A stretch of 64,000 nt of DNA from an uncultured bacterium (GTDB lineage: Bacteria > Patescibacteriota > Minisyncoccia > Phycocordibacterales > Phycocordibacteraceae): assembly GCA_947085505.1 (NCBI GenBank), contig CAMTWI010000004.1, forward strand, positions 1,800 to 65,799, in the 5' to 3' direction. The position numbers and the translations under genes are program-made. The notes below the pieces were generated by a model, which saw only the letters and a program-made list of their open reading frames with translations, was not told where the DNA came from and did no database searches. Of the stretch, positions 25,287 to 34,184 are shown piece by piece. Numbering within the stretch: the first letter of the stretch is position 1; each line of letters starts with the position of its first letter.

Positions 25287-25586
25287 ATGAAAAAAATTCT
25301 TCTTGCGATTGCCGCGTTTGCCTTTGTGCCAGTCTCTGCACACGCAGCGAGCCTCAAGGAGTTAACGCAGGATATCGTTGAGTTGGTAAACACTTCAGTA
25401 GTGCCTCTCTTCTATGCGCTTGCATTTCTCTTATTCATATACGGCATGGTCCGATTCTTTTTCTTCGGGGGAGAAGAGAATCGTGCGAAGGGTAAGACCT
25501 TTATGCTCTGGGGAATCATTGGATTCGTGGTTATGTTTTCAGTTTGGGGCATTGTCAGGCTCCTTATGACCGCGCTTCCTGGTTAG
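25287..25586 (+). CDS. TrbC/VirB2-like small membrane protein (paralog 2)
   Basis: 99 aa. Signal peptide, VPLFYALAFLLFIYGMVRFFFFGGEENRAKGKTFMLWGIIGFVVMFSVWGIV. Confidence 0.6.
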   Translation: MKKILLAIAAFAFVPVSAHAASLKELTQDIVELVNTSVVPLFYALAFLLFIYGMVRFFFFGGEENRAKGKTFMLWGIIGFVVMFSVWGIVRLLMTALPG

Positions 25587-25632
25587 TGTATAAACCCTTG
25601 TTCTGCCCTCGTATCCTGTTACGCTTTATACT

Positions 25633-26040
25633 ATGAAAACATTTGTCACAGCACTCCTTATAGGTCTCTTTTCAGTTGCTACTACCGTATCCGCTCAGGT
25701 TGTGCCCGCCACCTCAGCACGAGGCAATATCGGTGGCAATACACTGGGAGCATATCTCGCTAGCATCGTTGATTTCATCAATGTCTATCTTGTACCCTTC
25801 CTTTTCGCAATAGCCTTCTTCGTCTTCATCTGGGGTATCTTCAACTATTTCATTGCAGGAGGAGCCAACGAAGAGCAGCGAGACAAAGGAAAGCAGCTCG
25901 TTATGTGGGGGATTATCGGATTCGTGGTTATGGTCTCTCTCTGGGGTCTTGTGAACCTAATTACCAATACCCTTAATTTTGGGGAAAGCGGAAACGCACC
26001 AAAGATACCACAATTCGATCCTCCTAGGTCAGGCTCCTAA
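25633..26040 (+). CDS. TrbC/VirB2-like small membrane protein (paralog 3)
   Basis: 135 aa. VPFLFAIAFFVFIWGIFNYFIAGGANEEQRDKGKQLVMWGIIGFVVMVSLWGLVN. Confidence 0.6.
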   Translation: MKTFVTALLIGLFSVATTVSAQVVPATSARGNIGGNTLGAYLASIVDFINVYLVPFLFAIAFFVFIWGIFNYFIAGGANEEQRDKGKQLVMWGIIGFVVMVSLWGLVNLITNTLNFGESGNAPKIPQFDPPRSGS

Positions 26041-26150
26041 CCCAAGGGCTGTTTCGCGTTTTCCACACGGAATTCCTAGCTCTATTGACCTCCCCCCATT
26101 ACCGACTATCCTATAGGTATACGCCATCGCGTTACCCGTAATCAAACATT

Positions 26151-26513
26151 ATGAAGAAACTAGGTTATCTCAGTGCCGCATTTGCGCTTTCGTTCCCGCT
26201 CTTCGCTTTCGCGCAGGTGAACGCAACGAACGTACAGAACCTTGGCCAGGGCATCATTGGTCTTATTAACAACGTTGCAGTGCCTCTTCTATTCGCGGTC
26301 GCATTCATCGTCTTCATCTGGGGTATCTTCACGTACTTCATATCAGGCGGTCACGACGAGGAGAAGCGTGAGACCGGAAAGAGTCTTATGCTCTGGGGAA
26401 TCATTGGATTCTTCATCATGGTTTCGGTATGGGGTCTTGTGAACATCCTTCGCGGAACATTCAACTTCGACAACCGCATCGATTACGGACAGCCGCTTCC
26501 GCCGAGCCGCTAA
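26151..26513 (+). CDS. TrbC/VirB2-like small membrane protein (paralog 4)
   Basis: 120 aa. VPLLFAVAFIVFIWGIFTYFISGGHDEEKRETGKSLMLWGIIGFFIMVSVWGLVN. Confidence 0.6.
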   Translation: MKKLGYLSAAFALSFPLFAFAQVNATNVQNLGQGIIGLINNVAVPLLFAVAFIVFIWGIFTYFISGGHDEEKRETGKSLMLWGIIGFFIMVSVWGLVNILRGTFNFDNRIDYGQPLPPSR

Positions 26514-26570
26514 ACGCTCTCTCCACACAAAAGCCCGCGCGCAAGCGCGGGCTTTTGCTATGATGAGTAT

Positions 26571-26819
26571 ATGAGCCCCTTCCAAACATTCGTCGGGAAA
26601 GTACAGGAGAATATTCTCACACCGATCATCACGCTCCTTTCGCTCGCTGCGTTCCTTTTGTTCCTCTGGGGCATTGTGGAGTTCATTGCTGGCGCTGAAG
26701 ACGAAGAAAAGCGTAAGAGCGGACAGCAACATATGATCTGGGGAATCATTGGTCTGGTTATTATCTTTGGCGCGAACGCCATTGTCTCTCTCATTAAAGC
26801 AACAGTTGGTGCACCATAG
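26571..26819 (+). CDS. TrbC/VirB2-like small membrane protein (paralog 5, no signal peptide)
   Basis: 82 aa. LSLAAFLLFLWGIVEFIAGAEDEEKRKSGQQHMIWGIIGLVIIFGANAIV. Confidence 0.55.
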   Translation: MSPFQTFVGKVQENILTPIITLLSLAAFLLFLWGIVEFIAGAEDEEKRKSGQQHMIWGIIGLVIIFGANAIVSLIKATVGAP

Positions 26820-26890
26820 GGAAGTATATGTATAGAAAAAAGCCGGTCCCGGAGGACCGACTTTTTGGTGCGTCAGAGACGCAAGATGCT

Positions 26891-27658
26891 TTACACAGGT
26901 GGCGAGAATATGAAGGCATACTCGAGCTTGATAGGCTCGTTCCCTTTTGACTGGGGACGACAGGCATTCACAGCCTGATCGCCACTGGTCTCGAGAGGAA
27001 GTTCAGTGTTGCGGGTGCGCGTCGTGCACCAGACATTGAACCGTGCACCGTCAAAGGTTGCTGCCGTACATTCAGGATCCTGCTTTTTATCGCAGAACCT
27101 GAGGTAGTGGCAGTCGGGGATGGGAATCATCGCCGACTTTGCGTCCCTGCGTGGCGGGGCTGTAACGCTCCGCCATTCTACCGGCACTGGCGTGCAGACA
27201 GCGGCAACGGGCGTTGCCCGAGCTGCAGTCTGTTCGATGTGTCGGTTGAAGCGCTCCACATGCGAGAGGCCAGGCTTTTGCCCGAACCCCATGCCCACCA
27301 GAAGCCACCACACGAATGTACCGACAATTACAGCCGCGCCGATTGCGAGAGACCAGTTTAGGATGGTCTTCCATAATGGCGACGAGCGGTGATCGTCGTG
27401 ATGCCCGTGACCTCCGCCGTGTGATGGGTGGGGATCAGGGGTATGCGTCACAGGTCCAGGCACATGAGGCTCAGGAGCTTTCTTCGGCTCCTTATGCCCT
27501 TTCTTACTGTGTTCGGTACGCGGCTTGAGCATGTTCAGGACCCCGAAGAGTATGAAGATGATCAAGAGAATTCCGAGCACAAGAAGCACGTACGTCCCCA
27601 GCAACCAGTTAAGGCCGCCCAGAACGGTAGAGAAGATTACATCGAAGAACTTTTCCAA
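26891..27658 (-). CDS. Membrane protein with His-rich linker and Cys-containing C-terminal domain
   Basis: 255 aa. Two TM helices flank HPSHGGGHGHHDDH. Downstream partner of the SPFH gene. Confidence 0.5.
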   Translation of the reverse strand: MEKFFDVIFSTVLGGLNWLLGTYVLLVLGILLIIFILFGVLNMLKPRTEHSKKGHKEPKKAPEPHVPGPVTHTPDPHPSHGGGHGHHDDHRSSPLWKTILNWSLAIGAAVIVGTFVWWLLVGMGFGQKPGLSHVERFNRHIEQTAARATPVAAVCTPVPVEWRSVTAPPRRDAKSAMIPIPDCHYLRFCDKKQDPECTAATFDGARFNVWCTTRTRNTELPLETSGDQAVNACRPQSKGNEPIKLEYAFIFSPPV

Positions 27659-27667
27659 TGTGACCCC

Positions 27668-28861
27668 CTACTTCGCCAGTTTGTCGATGATTTTCGCGAC
27701 TGACGGCATATCAACCGCAATCACCTTGCCGGCTCCGGGCGACTTGAGTGCGTCGTTTCGGAGCTGGATTTCTGCCATTTCCGGATGCTCAGCGAGCTCC
27801 TTAAGCAACATTGCTGTTGCTTCTGCAGTTGCTTTACCGATGTCACGAATGCCATCAGCCTTTGCACCGTTGACGTTGCGCAGCGCCGTTGCTTCCGCTT
27901 CGGACGCTGTTACTGCCATGGTTGCCTCTTGATCAGCCTGGTAGGCAGCGATACTGAGCTTCTCGTTCTCGATGGCGTGCTGGCCAGTGAGGACGATTTT
28001 CTCGAGGTTGGCAGAGTAGACGGTTATGCCGATGGTACCCTTTGTACCTTGGGCGCCTTCCGGACTTTCGTCCGGAAGGCGATCAGTTAGATCACGCATC
28101 CGCTTCGAGAAGTCCTCGCTGTCGCCGTGTTCGGACTCATCTGTCTCGGAACGCAGCTCGTCATACGTGAACGTACCGATGAAACTCCGTGCCTGCCGAT
28201 CGATGTAAGACTCCAACTGGACAAGCCAGTCGTCAGAATCGATAAGCGCTTTCTTCGGATTCGTCATACGGACGACAGTGACGAATTCAGCCCGCACCGT
28301 CAGGTTGTCGGCGGTCTTGGCCTCCTTCAGCACCATCACATAGGCGAAGTCGTTGGCCTTGAAGATCTTTGTGTCTGCTCTGCGTGACTTGATGGCGAGG
28401 TCACCGTCCCCCTCTTCCTGGCGCTGATACTCGTTCCACGAGAACTCGTAGGAGCGAATCTCGCGCATCTTCGGAAGCCCGACCCAATACAGGCCGAATT
28501 CCCGCAGTAGCCAGGGACGGTTGTCGTAGTGGTTTGCCGGGTACTCCGTATGCTTCGGCAAGAATTTCTTGGGAAACCAAGGCTTGCAAAGGTAGGATAC
28601 GCCTGCCTCATTATCCAGAATTTCCCACCGTGGTTTGTCTTTATCGAACCACGGCTTCGAAGGGTCGTTGAGGTGATGATCCTCGAACGACATGATGATA
28701 CGGTGGAATGAGCTACCTTTGTTGATGATTTTTCCCGTGCCCTCTTCGACTTTCGTGAAGATGTGGTCTCGGTCTGCCCATCCGCTAAACACGAACGGGG
28801 AGAGGATGGCTGTACCCGCGAGAAGCGCGGTGACAAAGCCAGCAGCGATAACATTGAACAT
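27668..28861 (-). CDS. SPFH/band-7 (flotillin/stomatin-like) membrane protein
   Basis: 397 aa. N-terminal TM. TADNLTVRAEFVTVVRMTNPKKAL..IDRQARSFIGTFTYDELRS fits the SPFH pattern. Ala-rich coiled C-terminus. Upstream minus-strand TTGACT-N18-TATACT. Confidence 0.65.
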   Translation of the reverse strand: MFNVIAAGFVTALLAGTAILSPFVFSGWADRDHIFTKVEEGTGKIINKGSSFHRIIMSFEDHHLNDPSKPWFDKDKPRWEILDNEAGVSYLCKPWFPKKFLPKHTEYPANHYDNRPWLLREFGLYWVGLPKMREIRSYEFSWNEYQRQEEGDGDLAIKSRRADTKIFKANDFAYVMVLKEAKTADNLTVRAEFVTVVRMTNPKKALIDSDDWLVQLESYIDRQARSFIGTFTYDELRSETDESEHGDSEDFSKRMRDLTDRLPDESPEGAQGTKGTIGITVYSANLEKIVLTGQHAIENEKLSIAAYQADQEATMAVTASEAEATALRNVNGAKADGIRDIGKATAEATAMLLKELAEHPEMAEIQLRNDALKSPGAGKVIAVDMPSVAKIIDKLAK

Positions 28862-28978
28862 TTTAATACCCTCGTATTCGTGTTGATGTGTTTCAGCACC
28901 TTGCTCTCAAGGAGCTGGTTTTCTAGGAATAGTATACCACTAAAATTGACAAAAAGTCAAGTAGTAGCTTGGTTGTTG

Positions 28979-29059
28979 TGCTGGAGAGAGGACTCGAACC
29001 TCCACCCCCGAAGGGACCTGCTCCTAAGGCAGGCGTGTCTACCATTTCACCACTCCAGC
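28979..29059 (-). tRNA. tRNA-Leu (UAG)
   Basis: Minus strand: GCTGGAGTGGTGAAATGGTAGACACGCCTGCCTTAGGAGCAGG + variable arm + GGAGGTTCGAGTCCTCTCTCCAGCA. Confidence 0.85.
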
Positions 29060-29123
29060 GTCCCTCTATCCTACCAGGAATAGGAAAGGGCGGGAATCCT
29101 TAGATACCCGCCCTTTCCCCATG

Positions 29124-29196
29124 TGCACCTGCCTGGGCTCGAACCAGGGACCATCTCCTTAAGAGGGAGTTGCTCTACCAACTGAGCTACAGGTGC
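29124..29196 (-). tRNA. tRNA-Lys (CUU)
   Basis: Minus strand: GCACCTGTAGCTCAGTTGGTAGAGCAACTCCCTCTTAAGGAGATGGTCCCTGGTTCGAGCCCAGGCAGGTGCA. Anticodon loop CTCTTAA. Confidence 0.85.
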
Positions 29197-29248
29197 AAGC
29201 AATACCGAAGTACTCCTAGATACTAATAGATATGCCTCTCTAATTCAA

Positions 29249-30388
29249 CTACACAACCGTTCGGTACAGATGAGTAGGGATATGCGCGAGTATCACGTAG
29301 GGCGTGGTGCTCGCCAGACGAGCCATAGAGAGGACAGAGTTTGTGTCTTCAGGATTCCGGCTTATAAGCGTAACTAGGTCTCCGCGCTTAACCTCTGTAT
29401 CGGTTACATCGATTGAAACCATATTCATCGACACACGCCCGACTATAGGACAGGCAATCTCGTTTACCTGAAGACTGCCAGTGTTCGAGAGATTGCGATC
29501 TATACCCTCGTAGTAGCCGGCAGGGACGGTTGCGATACGCGAAGGACGCGTAGCACGATATGTCGCGTTATACCCAACCGTGTCGCCTTCAGGGATGGTT
29601 CGAATTGATGTAACGAACGAGTGCATAGAGAGCACAGGCTTTAACTGAAGGGTGTCTCCTGGAGCGGTATTGTATCCGTATAGACCCATACCAATACGCA
29701 GGACATTCATAGGATGATTTACACTCGTTCGTACACCTTTTGTTGCGGCGGCATGCGTGTACTCAATCGAAGGGAATGCAGCTTTGACGGTCTCAAGTAG
29801 GGAATCCCAGAGGGAGAGTTGTGTATCCGTAAACGTGGCGTCGATATTGTCAGCGTCGGCCAAGTGCGTGGCAACACCTACAACTGAGATGCGGGGATTT
29901 CCCTTGATCAACTTTACTGCTTCATTAAGTCCTTCTGGAAGGAGACCCTGCCGATGCATGCCGGTATCGAGTTTCAGGTGCAGACGTACAGAAGTACGGG
30001 CCTCCTTCGCCACAGACCGAAGCTGCTCAATATCAACGATTGCGAAGTCTGTATTGGGTAATTTGCTTAAGACTATGGCCTCAGGCCGCACATAGCCCAT
30101 AACGACGATCCTGGAGCGTATTCCAGCCTTCCGGAGCATGTCTGCCTCATAAAGGGAATCAACCATAAAGAAGGCAATGTCTTCCTTGTCGAGGAGTTCT
30201 GCGATAACAACGAGTCCGTGCCCATAGGCGTTACTCTTGAGGACCGGAGCAATTGCTTGATCCGGGTACGCTTCTTTATATGTGCGGAAGTTATGTAAAA
30301 GGTTCTCTTTGGAGATTGCTACTGTTATGAGCGGCTCATGACGTCGTAGTAACCGGCGGAGCCTTCTCGCTACAGGACGGATATTCAT
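29249..30388 (-). CDS. alr: Alanine racemase
   Basis: Start moved to ATG 30388 (MNIRPV..) because the longer ORF runs into tRNA-Leu. PLP lysine context VLKSNAYGHG; C-terminal GRVSMNM. Confidence 0.9.
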   Translation of the reverse strand: MNIRPVARRLRRLLRRHEPLITVAISKENLLHNFRTYKEAYPDQAIAPVLKSNAYGHGLVVIAELLDKEDIAFFMVDSLYEADMLRKAGIRSRIVVMGYVRPEAIVLSKLPNTDFAIVDIEQLRSVAKEARTSVRLHLKLDTGMHRQGLLPEGLNEAVKLIKGNPRISVVGVATHLADADNIDATFTDTQLSLWDSLLETVKAAFPSIEYTHAAATKGVRTSVNHPMNVLRIGMGLYGYNTAPGDTLQLKPVLSMHSFVTSIRTIPEGDTVGYNATYRATRPSRIATVPAGYYEGIDRNLSNTGSLQVNEIACPIVGRVSMNMVSIDVTDTEVKRGDLVTLISRNPEDTNSVLSMARLASTTPYVILAHIPTHLYRTVV

Positions 30389-30390
30389 AG

Positions 30391-30475
30391 TACCGGGGGC
30401 GGGACTTGAACCCGCACGGCATTGCTGCCAAAGGTGTTTAAGACCTTCGTGTATAACCAATTCCACCACCCCGGC
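30391..30475 (-). tRNA. tRNA-Leu (UAA)
   Basis: Minus strand: GCCGGGGTGGTGGAATTGGTTATACACGAAGGTCTTAAACACCTT + long variable arm + GCGGGTTCAAGTCCCGCCCCCGGTA. Confidence 0.85.
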
Positions 30476-30965
30476 TTCTGTAACGAATGTTACTTCCTCT
30501 GTGCGTAGGTTTCAAACTGTGACAATTTGGACAAAGAATCCTCAAGTTCTCAAGTCTGTTATCCCTATTGTCTCCATTGATATGATCAAGCTCAATGGGT
30601 ACACGTCCATCAACACTCTTTTGGGCCCAACCACATTCTTCACATTGAGGTTTCTTAAGACCAGATGAAAATAGTCTTCTTTTTAAGTTTATGCGTGATG
30701 TGGACGTATTCTCTACAAGTAGCTCTTCCAATGAGTACACAGGCTCCTTTGGTATCTGCATGCCCTTACACCACGCCTTACCCTTAAAGTGAGTAATATC
30801 TATATCGTACTTATCAATATAGAGATAACACTGACTATAATTTCCACCCGCAGGAACAAGCCCAAGAGTCTGAATTAATCCTCGAATACTGCTTGAGGAA
30901 TTAACCGCTTTTCTTAGATTTCCTTCTTCCCAACGTTGAGGAATATGCTTGGCCACTACTGCCAA
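30438..30965 (-). CDS. Free-standing HNH homing-type endonuclease
   Basis: 175 aa, lower GC. CEECGW..ELDHINGDNRDNRLENLRILCPNCH is the HNH/zinc motif. The ORF fills the tRNA-Cys/tRNA-Leu spacer and its last 12 codons read into tRNA-Leu. Confidence 0.8.
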   Translation of the reverse strand: MAVVAKHIPQRWEEGNLRKAVNSSSSIRGLIQTLGLVPAGGNYSQCYLYIDKYDIDITHFKGKAWCKGMQIPKEPVYSLEELLVENTSTSRINLKRRLFSSGLKKPQCEECGWAQKSVDGRVPIELDHINGDNRDNRLENLRILCPNCHSLKPTHRGSNIRYRSRGGGIGYTRRS

Positions 30966-30979
30966 TTATAGCTCTATCT

Positions 30980-31054
30980 TGGAGGCCCAGACGGAAATCG
31001 CATCCGTGCATAGCGGGTTTGCAATCCGCCGTGTTTCTACTTCACCACTGGGCC
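30980..31054 (-). tRNA. tRNA-Cys (GCA), CCA encoded
   Basis: Minus strand: GGCCCAGTGGTGAAGTAGAAACACGGCGGATTGCAAACCCGCTATGCACGGATGCGATTTCCGTCTGGGCCTCCA. Unusual T-loop TGCGATT and an A-C pair closing the anticodon stem. Confidence 0.7.
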
Positions 31055-31088
31055 GTACCGCAATACTAGCGCGATGGAGGCGCTTACG

Positions 31089-31442
31089 CTACGCAGCGTC
31101 TTCTTCCTTCTCGGGGACTATGAGACCCCGAGTAGCGTCTTCAAATGCCTGGCGAGCACGTTCGCCCTTATCAATTTCAAACCAAATGAAGGGAAGGCGA
31201 GCGAAACGGGTAGTCTTCTTGAGCTCATTGCGGAAGAGATCCTTGTGCCGCATTAAGAAATCAATAGCATTTCCTTCCTGGGCCTCAGGATAGACGCTCA
31301 CATAAATGGTTGCGTTCTTGCGGTCCTTTGAGAATGTCGCGCGCATTGGCGTAATAAGGGTACCGCGACCCGCCTCACGAGCGATGTAGCGTCCGATGTT
31401 CTCTAGGAGTATTGAAACTGCTCGTTCGTCGCGTGCGCTCAT
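31089..31442 (-). CDS. rbfA: Ribosome-binding factor A
   Basis: 117 aa immediately downstream of infB. KNATIYVSVYP..FLMRHKDLFRNELKK..LPFIWFEID pattern. Confidence 0.8.
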   Translation of the reverse strand: MSARDERAVSILLENIGRYIAREAGRGTLITPMRATFSKDRKNATIYVSVYPEAQEGNAIDFLMRHKDLFRNELKKTTRFARLPFIWFEIDKGERARQAFEDATRGLIVPEKEEDAA

Positions 31443-31443
31443 A

Positions 31444-32928
31444 CTATTTTGTTTCAGTCATGCGGAAGGCAATAAGAGTGTCTCCCGCAACGGTCTCGTA
31501 CTTGCTCTCAATTTGAAGGCCGAACTCGCCCTCGACCTTGATTTCGTTTACGTCAGCACGAGCAACCTGGAGGTTCGTGAGCTTTGCGTTTCCGATGTGG
31601 AGTCCACGACGATCTATCTTCACCTGGTCGCCAACCGTAAGAACGCCTGAATTCCAGCGCGCACCGAGTACCTGCTTAACGCCGGCAGTGCTGAATGCTT
31701 TGAGGACCTTGGCTTCGCCGAGGATCTGTTCAACGGTAATGCGTGGTGCGCGTTCAGTAACGAGCTCCTCGATACGCTCCTTCAAGTTGTAAATAATTGA
31801 GAACGTATCGATAGAAACGTGCATCCGCTCTGCGGAGTCACGTGCTGCGGAGTCCGTACCAACGTTGAAGGCGATGACATAGCCGTTACCGGCTGCTGCT
31901 GCCTTTACGTCGTTCTCAGAGACTGCACCGATGCCCTCCATAACGATCTTGATGGTCACGCGGTCGTGCTCGATCTTGGCGAGCTCGTGCTTAATTGCGA
32001 GGATGCTGCCCGTTACGTCGGCCTTAAGGATGAGCGGAAGGAGTATCTTTCCATCCGCTTCGCCGCGTTCCTGGGTGTGTGCGGGGTTGGCCTCAACGCC
32101 CATAAGTGCGAGTTTCTCTGCCTCCTTCTTGTTTGCGGTTGAGGAGAATGGCGTGCCTGCTGGGGGAAGACTGGTCCAGCCGCTAATACGAATAGGCTGA
32201 GACGGAAGTGCCTCTTTGATTCGTGCGCCGGTGAAGTCCTCAATAAAGCGGACTGGGGCGAGGGCGGCACCTGCGATTGCAAACGAACCAACCGGGAGTG
32301 TGCCGTTCTTCATAATGAGCGTCGCAGAAAGGCCGCGCTTCGGGTCCTGCGAGGACTCAAGCACGAAGCCCTCAGCCGGAGCGTCCGGGTCTGCGGTGAG
32401 TTCTGCGAGGTCTGCAGTGAGGAGTACGAGATCAAGAAGCTCTGGAACTCCGTCACCAGACTTCGACGAGACACCAGTGAAAGGAATAGAACCGCCAAGG
32501 CCTTCAAGATAGATACCGTTCTCAAGTGCCGAGATGCGCGCCTTTTCGATATCAGCTCCTGCCTTATCAATCTTTGTAAACGCAACAATGAATGGAATGT
32601 TCGCCTCAGTGATCGCCTCAAATGCCTCTAGTGTCTGTGGCTTCACGCCTTCTTCAGCGGCAATAACGAGAATAGCTATATCGGCAGCAGCGGCGCCGCG
32701 AGCCCGAAGTGCACGAAAGGCTTCGTGCCCTGGTGTGTCGAGGAAGGTGATTCGACGGCTCGTACCTTCGTGTTCGTGCTCAGCCTCGTATGCTGATACG
32801 TGCTGCGTAATACCACCCGCTTCGCCAGCGGTTACGTTTGCCTTACGGATGTAGTCCAGCAAGGAGGACTTGCCGTGATCAATGTGTCCCATGACGGCCA
32901 CGATCGGTGGTCGGGTGCTCGATGCCAT
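31444..32928 (-). CDS. infB: Translation initiation factor IF-2 (short form)
   Basis: 494 aa. VAVMGHIDHGKSSLLD G1, DTPGHEAF G3, TKIDK G4. Begins directly at the G domain. Confidence 0.9.
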   Translation of the reverse strand: MASSTRPPIVAVMGHIDHGKSSLLDYIRKANVTAGEAGGITQHVSAYEAEHEHEGTSRRITFLDTPGHEAFRALRARGAAAADIAILVIAAEEGVKPQTLEAFEAITEANIPFIVAFTKIDKAGADIEKARISALENGIYLEGLGGSIPFTGVSSKSGDGVPELLDLVLLTADLAELTADPDAPAEGFVLESSQDPKRGLSATLIMKNGTLPVGSFAIAGAALAPVRFIEDFTGARIKEALPSQPIRISGWTSLPPAGTPFSSTANKKEAEKLALMGVEANPAHTQERGEADGKILLPLILKADVTGSILAIKHELAKIEHDRVTIKIVMEGIGAVSENDVKAAAAGNGYVIAFNVGTDSAARDSAERMHVSIDTFSIIYNLKERIEELVTERAPRITVEQILGEAKVLKAFSTAGVKQVLGARWNSGVLTVGDQVKIDRRGLHIGNAKLTNLQVARADVNEIKVEGEFGLQIESKYETVAGDTLIAFRMTETK

Positions 32929-33008
32929 AATGGTCCTGATTATCTCATAAAATAAGGCTTTTACAACTCCACACCCATTTCCATGGTGGATGGGCGTACA
33001 ATACGCTC

Positions 33009-34175
33009 ATGAAGAAGAAACGAGTCTATCTGGATTGGGCCGCCGCCGCACCGGTATTGCCAAAGGCGTATCGTGCGTTCTCGAAGACACTTTCAGTCTT
33101 TGGGAATCCTTCTTCGCCTCATAAAGAAGGTCGCGAGGCACACGTGCTCCTCACTGATGCGCGTGTGCGCATTGCACGTCTTGCTGGCGTGAAGCAGGAC
33201 GCAGTGATTTTTACCGGAGGTGCGACAGAGGCAAATGCAATCGCTATTCTCGGTCAGGTGCGAGCAGTTAGAAAAAATATGAAGGACGTACATGTCCTCT
33301 ACCTCCCGAGCGCGCATGCGTCCACACGAGGAGCAATAATGGAACTAGAAAAGGAAGGCGTTCAGATTGAGCCACTAGTTGTTACAGGGGGATCGATTGA
33401 TTTGGTTGCACTAAAGCGTCAAATTCGTCCCGAGACCGGACTTGTTGCACTCGAAGTGGTGTGTGGGGAGACAGGAACGCGATTTGATACGCGCGGCGTG
33501 CGACAGGTACTCGACCTTGCTCAAAAGGAAGGCGGACCAAGAATCCGTATGCATGCAGACGCGAGTCAGCTGCCACTCGTTGAATCATTTGAATTAACCC
33601 GCATTGCGTCCGATACACTCGCACTCGATGCGCAAAAGGTGGGCGGTGTTCGCGGTATCGGTGTCTTGCTCGCCCCGCGTCAGGTTTCTATTGAACCTTT
33701 AATCCTTGGAGGAGGACAGGAGCGGGGACTACGCCCGGGCACCGAGTCTGCAGGACTTGCGAGTGCGTTTGCCATTGCGCTCGAAGAAGCTCATGATACT
33801 CATGTATCCTTTGCACTAAAGGCAAACCTTCTAAGAAGTCGGCTAATAGAGCGTCTCCATGTAACTATTCCTTCCCTAGAGATTAATGGCGGAAAAAACA
33901 CCGTGCCACATATACTCAATGTCTCACTTCTCGGTCGCGACACAGATTACGTCGCGGCACTTCTTGATGAAGCAGGCTTTGCGGTATCAACGCGAAGTGC
34001 GTGCGCTACAGACGACGAAGGTTCGGTCGCTGTACTCGCGTATACGGAGGATTCTAGGAGAGCCTCTTCAACGCTTCGCATTTCGTGGGGACCAACCACT
34101 ACGGAGCAGGAGCTTAACCGTTTCTCAGATACCCTTATCCACGCAGTTCGATTCGTAGACACGAACACGGTATAA
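33009..34175 (+). CDS. Cysteine desulfurase (class V aminotransferase)
   Basis: 388 aa. TGGATEANA, HADASQ, PLP-lysine context LDAQKVGGVRGIGVLL, catalytic-loop STRSACA. Confidence 0.85.
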   Translation: MKKKRVYLDWAAAAPVLPKAYRAFSKTLSVFGNPSSPHKEGREAHVLLTDARVRIARLAGVKQDAVIFTGGATEANAIAILGQVRAVRKNMKDVHVLYLPSAHASTRGAIMELEKEGVQIEPLVVTGGSIDLVALKRQIRPETGLVALEVVCGETGTRFDTRGVRQVLDLAQKEGGPRIRMHADASQLPLVESFELTRIASDTLALDAQKVGGVRGIGVLLAPRQVSIEPLILGGGQERGLRPGTESAGLASAFAIALEEAHDTHVSFALKANLLRSRLIERLHVTIPSLEINGGKNTVPHILNVSLLGRDTDYVAALLDEAGFAVSTRSACATDDEGSVAVLAYTEDSRRASSTLRISWGPTTTEQELNRFSDTLIHAVRFVDTNTV

Positions 34176-34184
34176 TTTCTCTAT

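Noticed and set aside
29249-30469. The full-length 406-aa alr ORF, and the 44835.. and 46498.. N-terminal extensions of the pilin-fusion genes.
   Set aside because: The extensions run through tRNA-Leu, through tRNA-Trp, or into the preceding gene, and they lack signal or TM logic. Internal ATGs give proper N-termini (racemase start or signal peptides).
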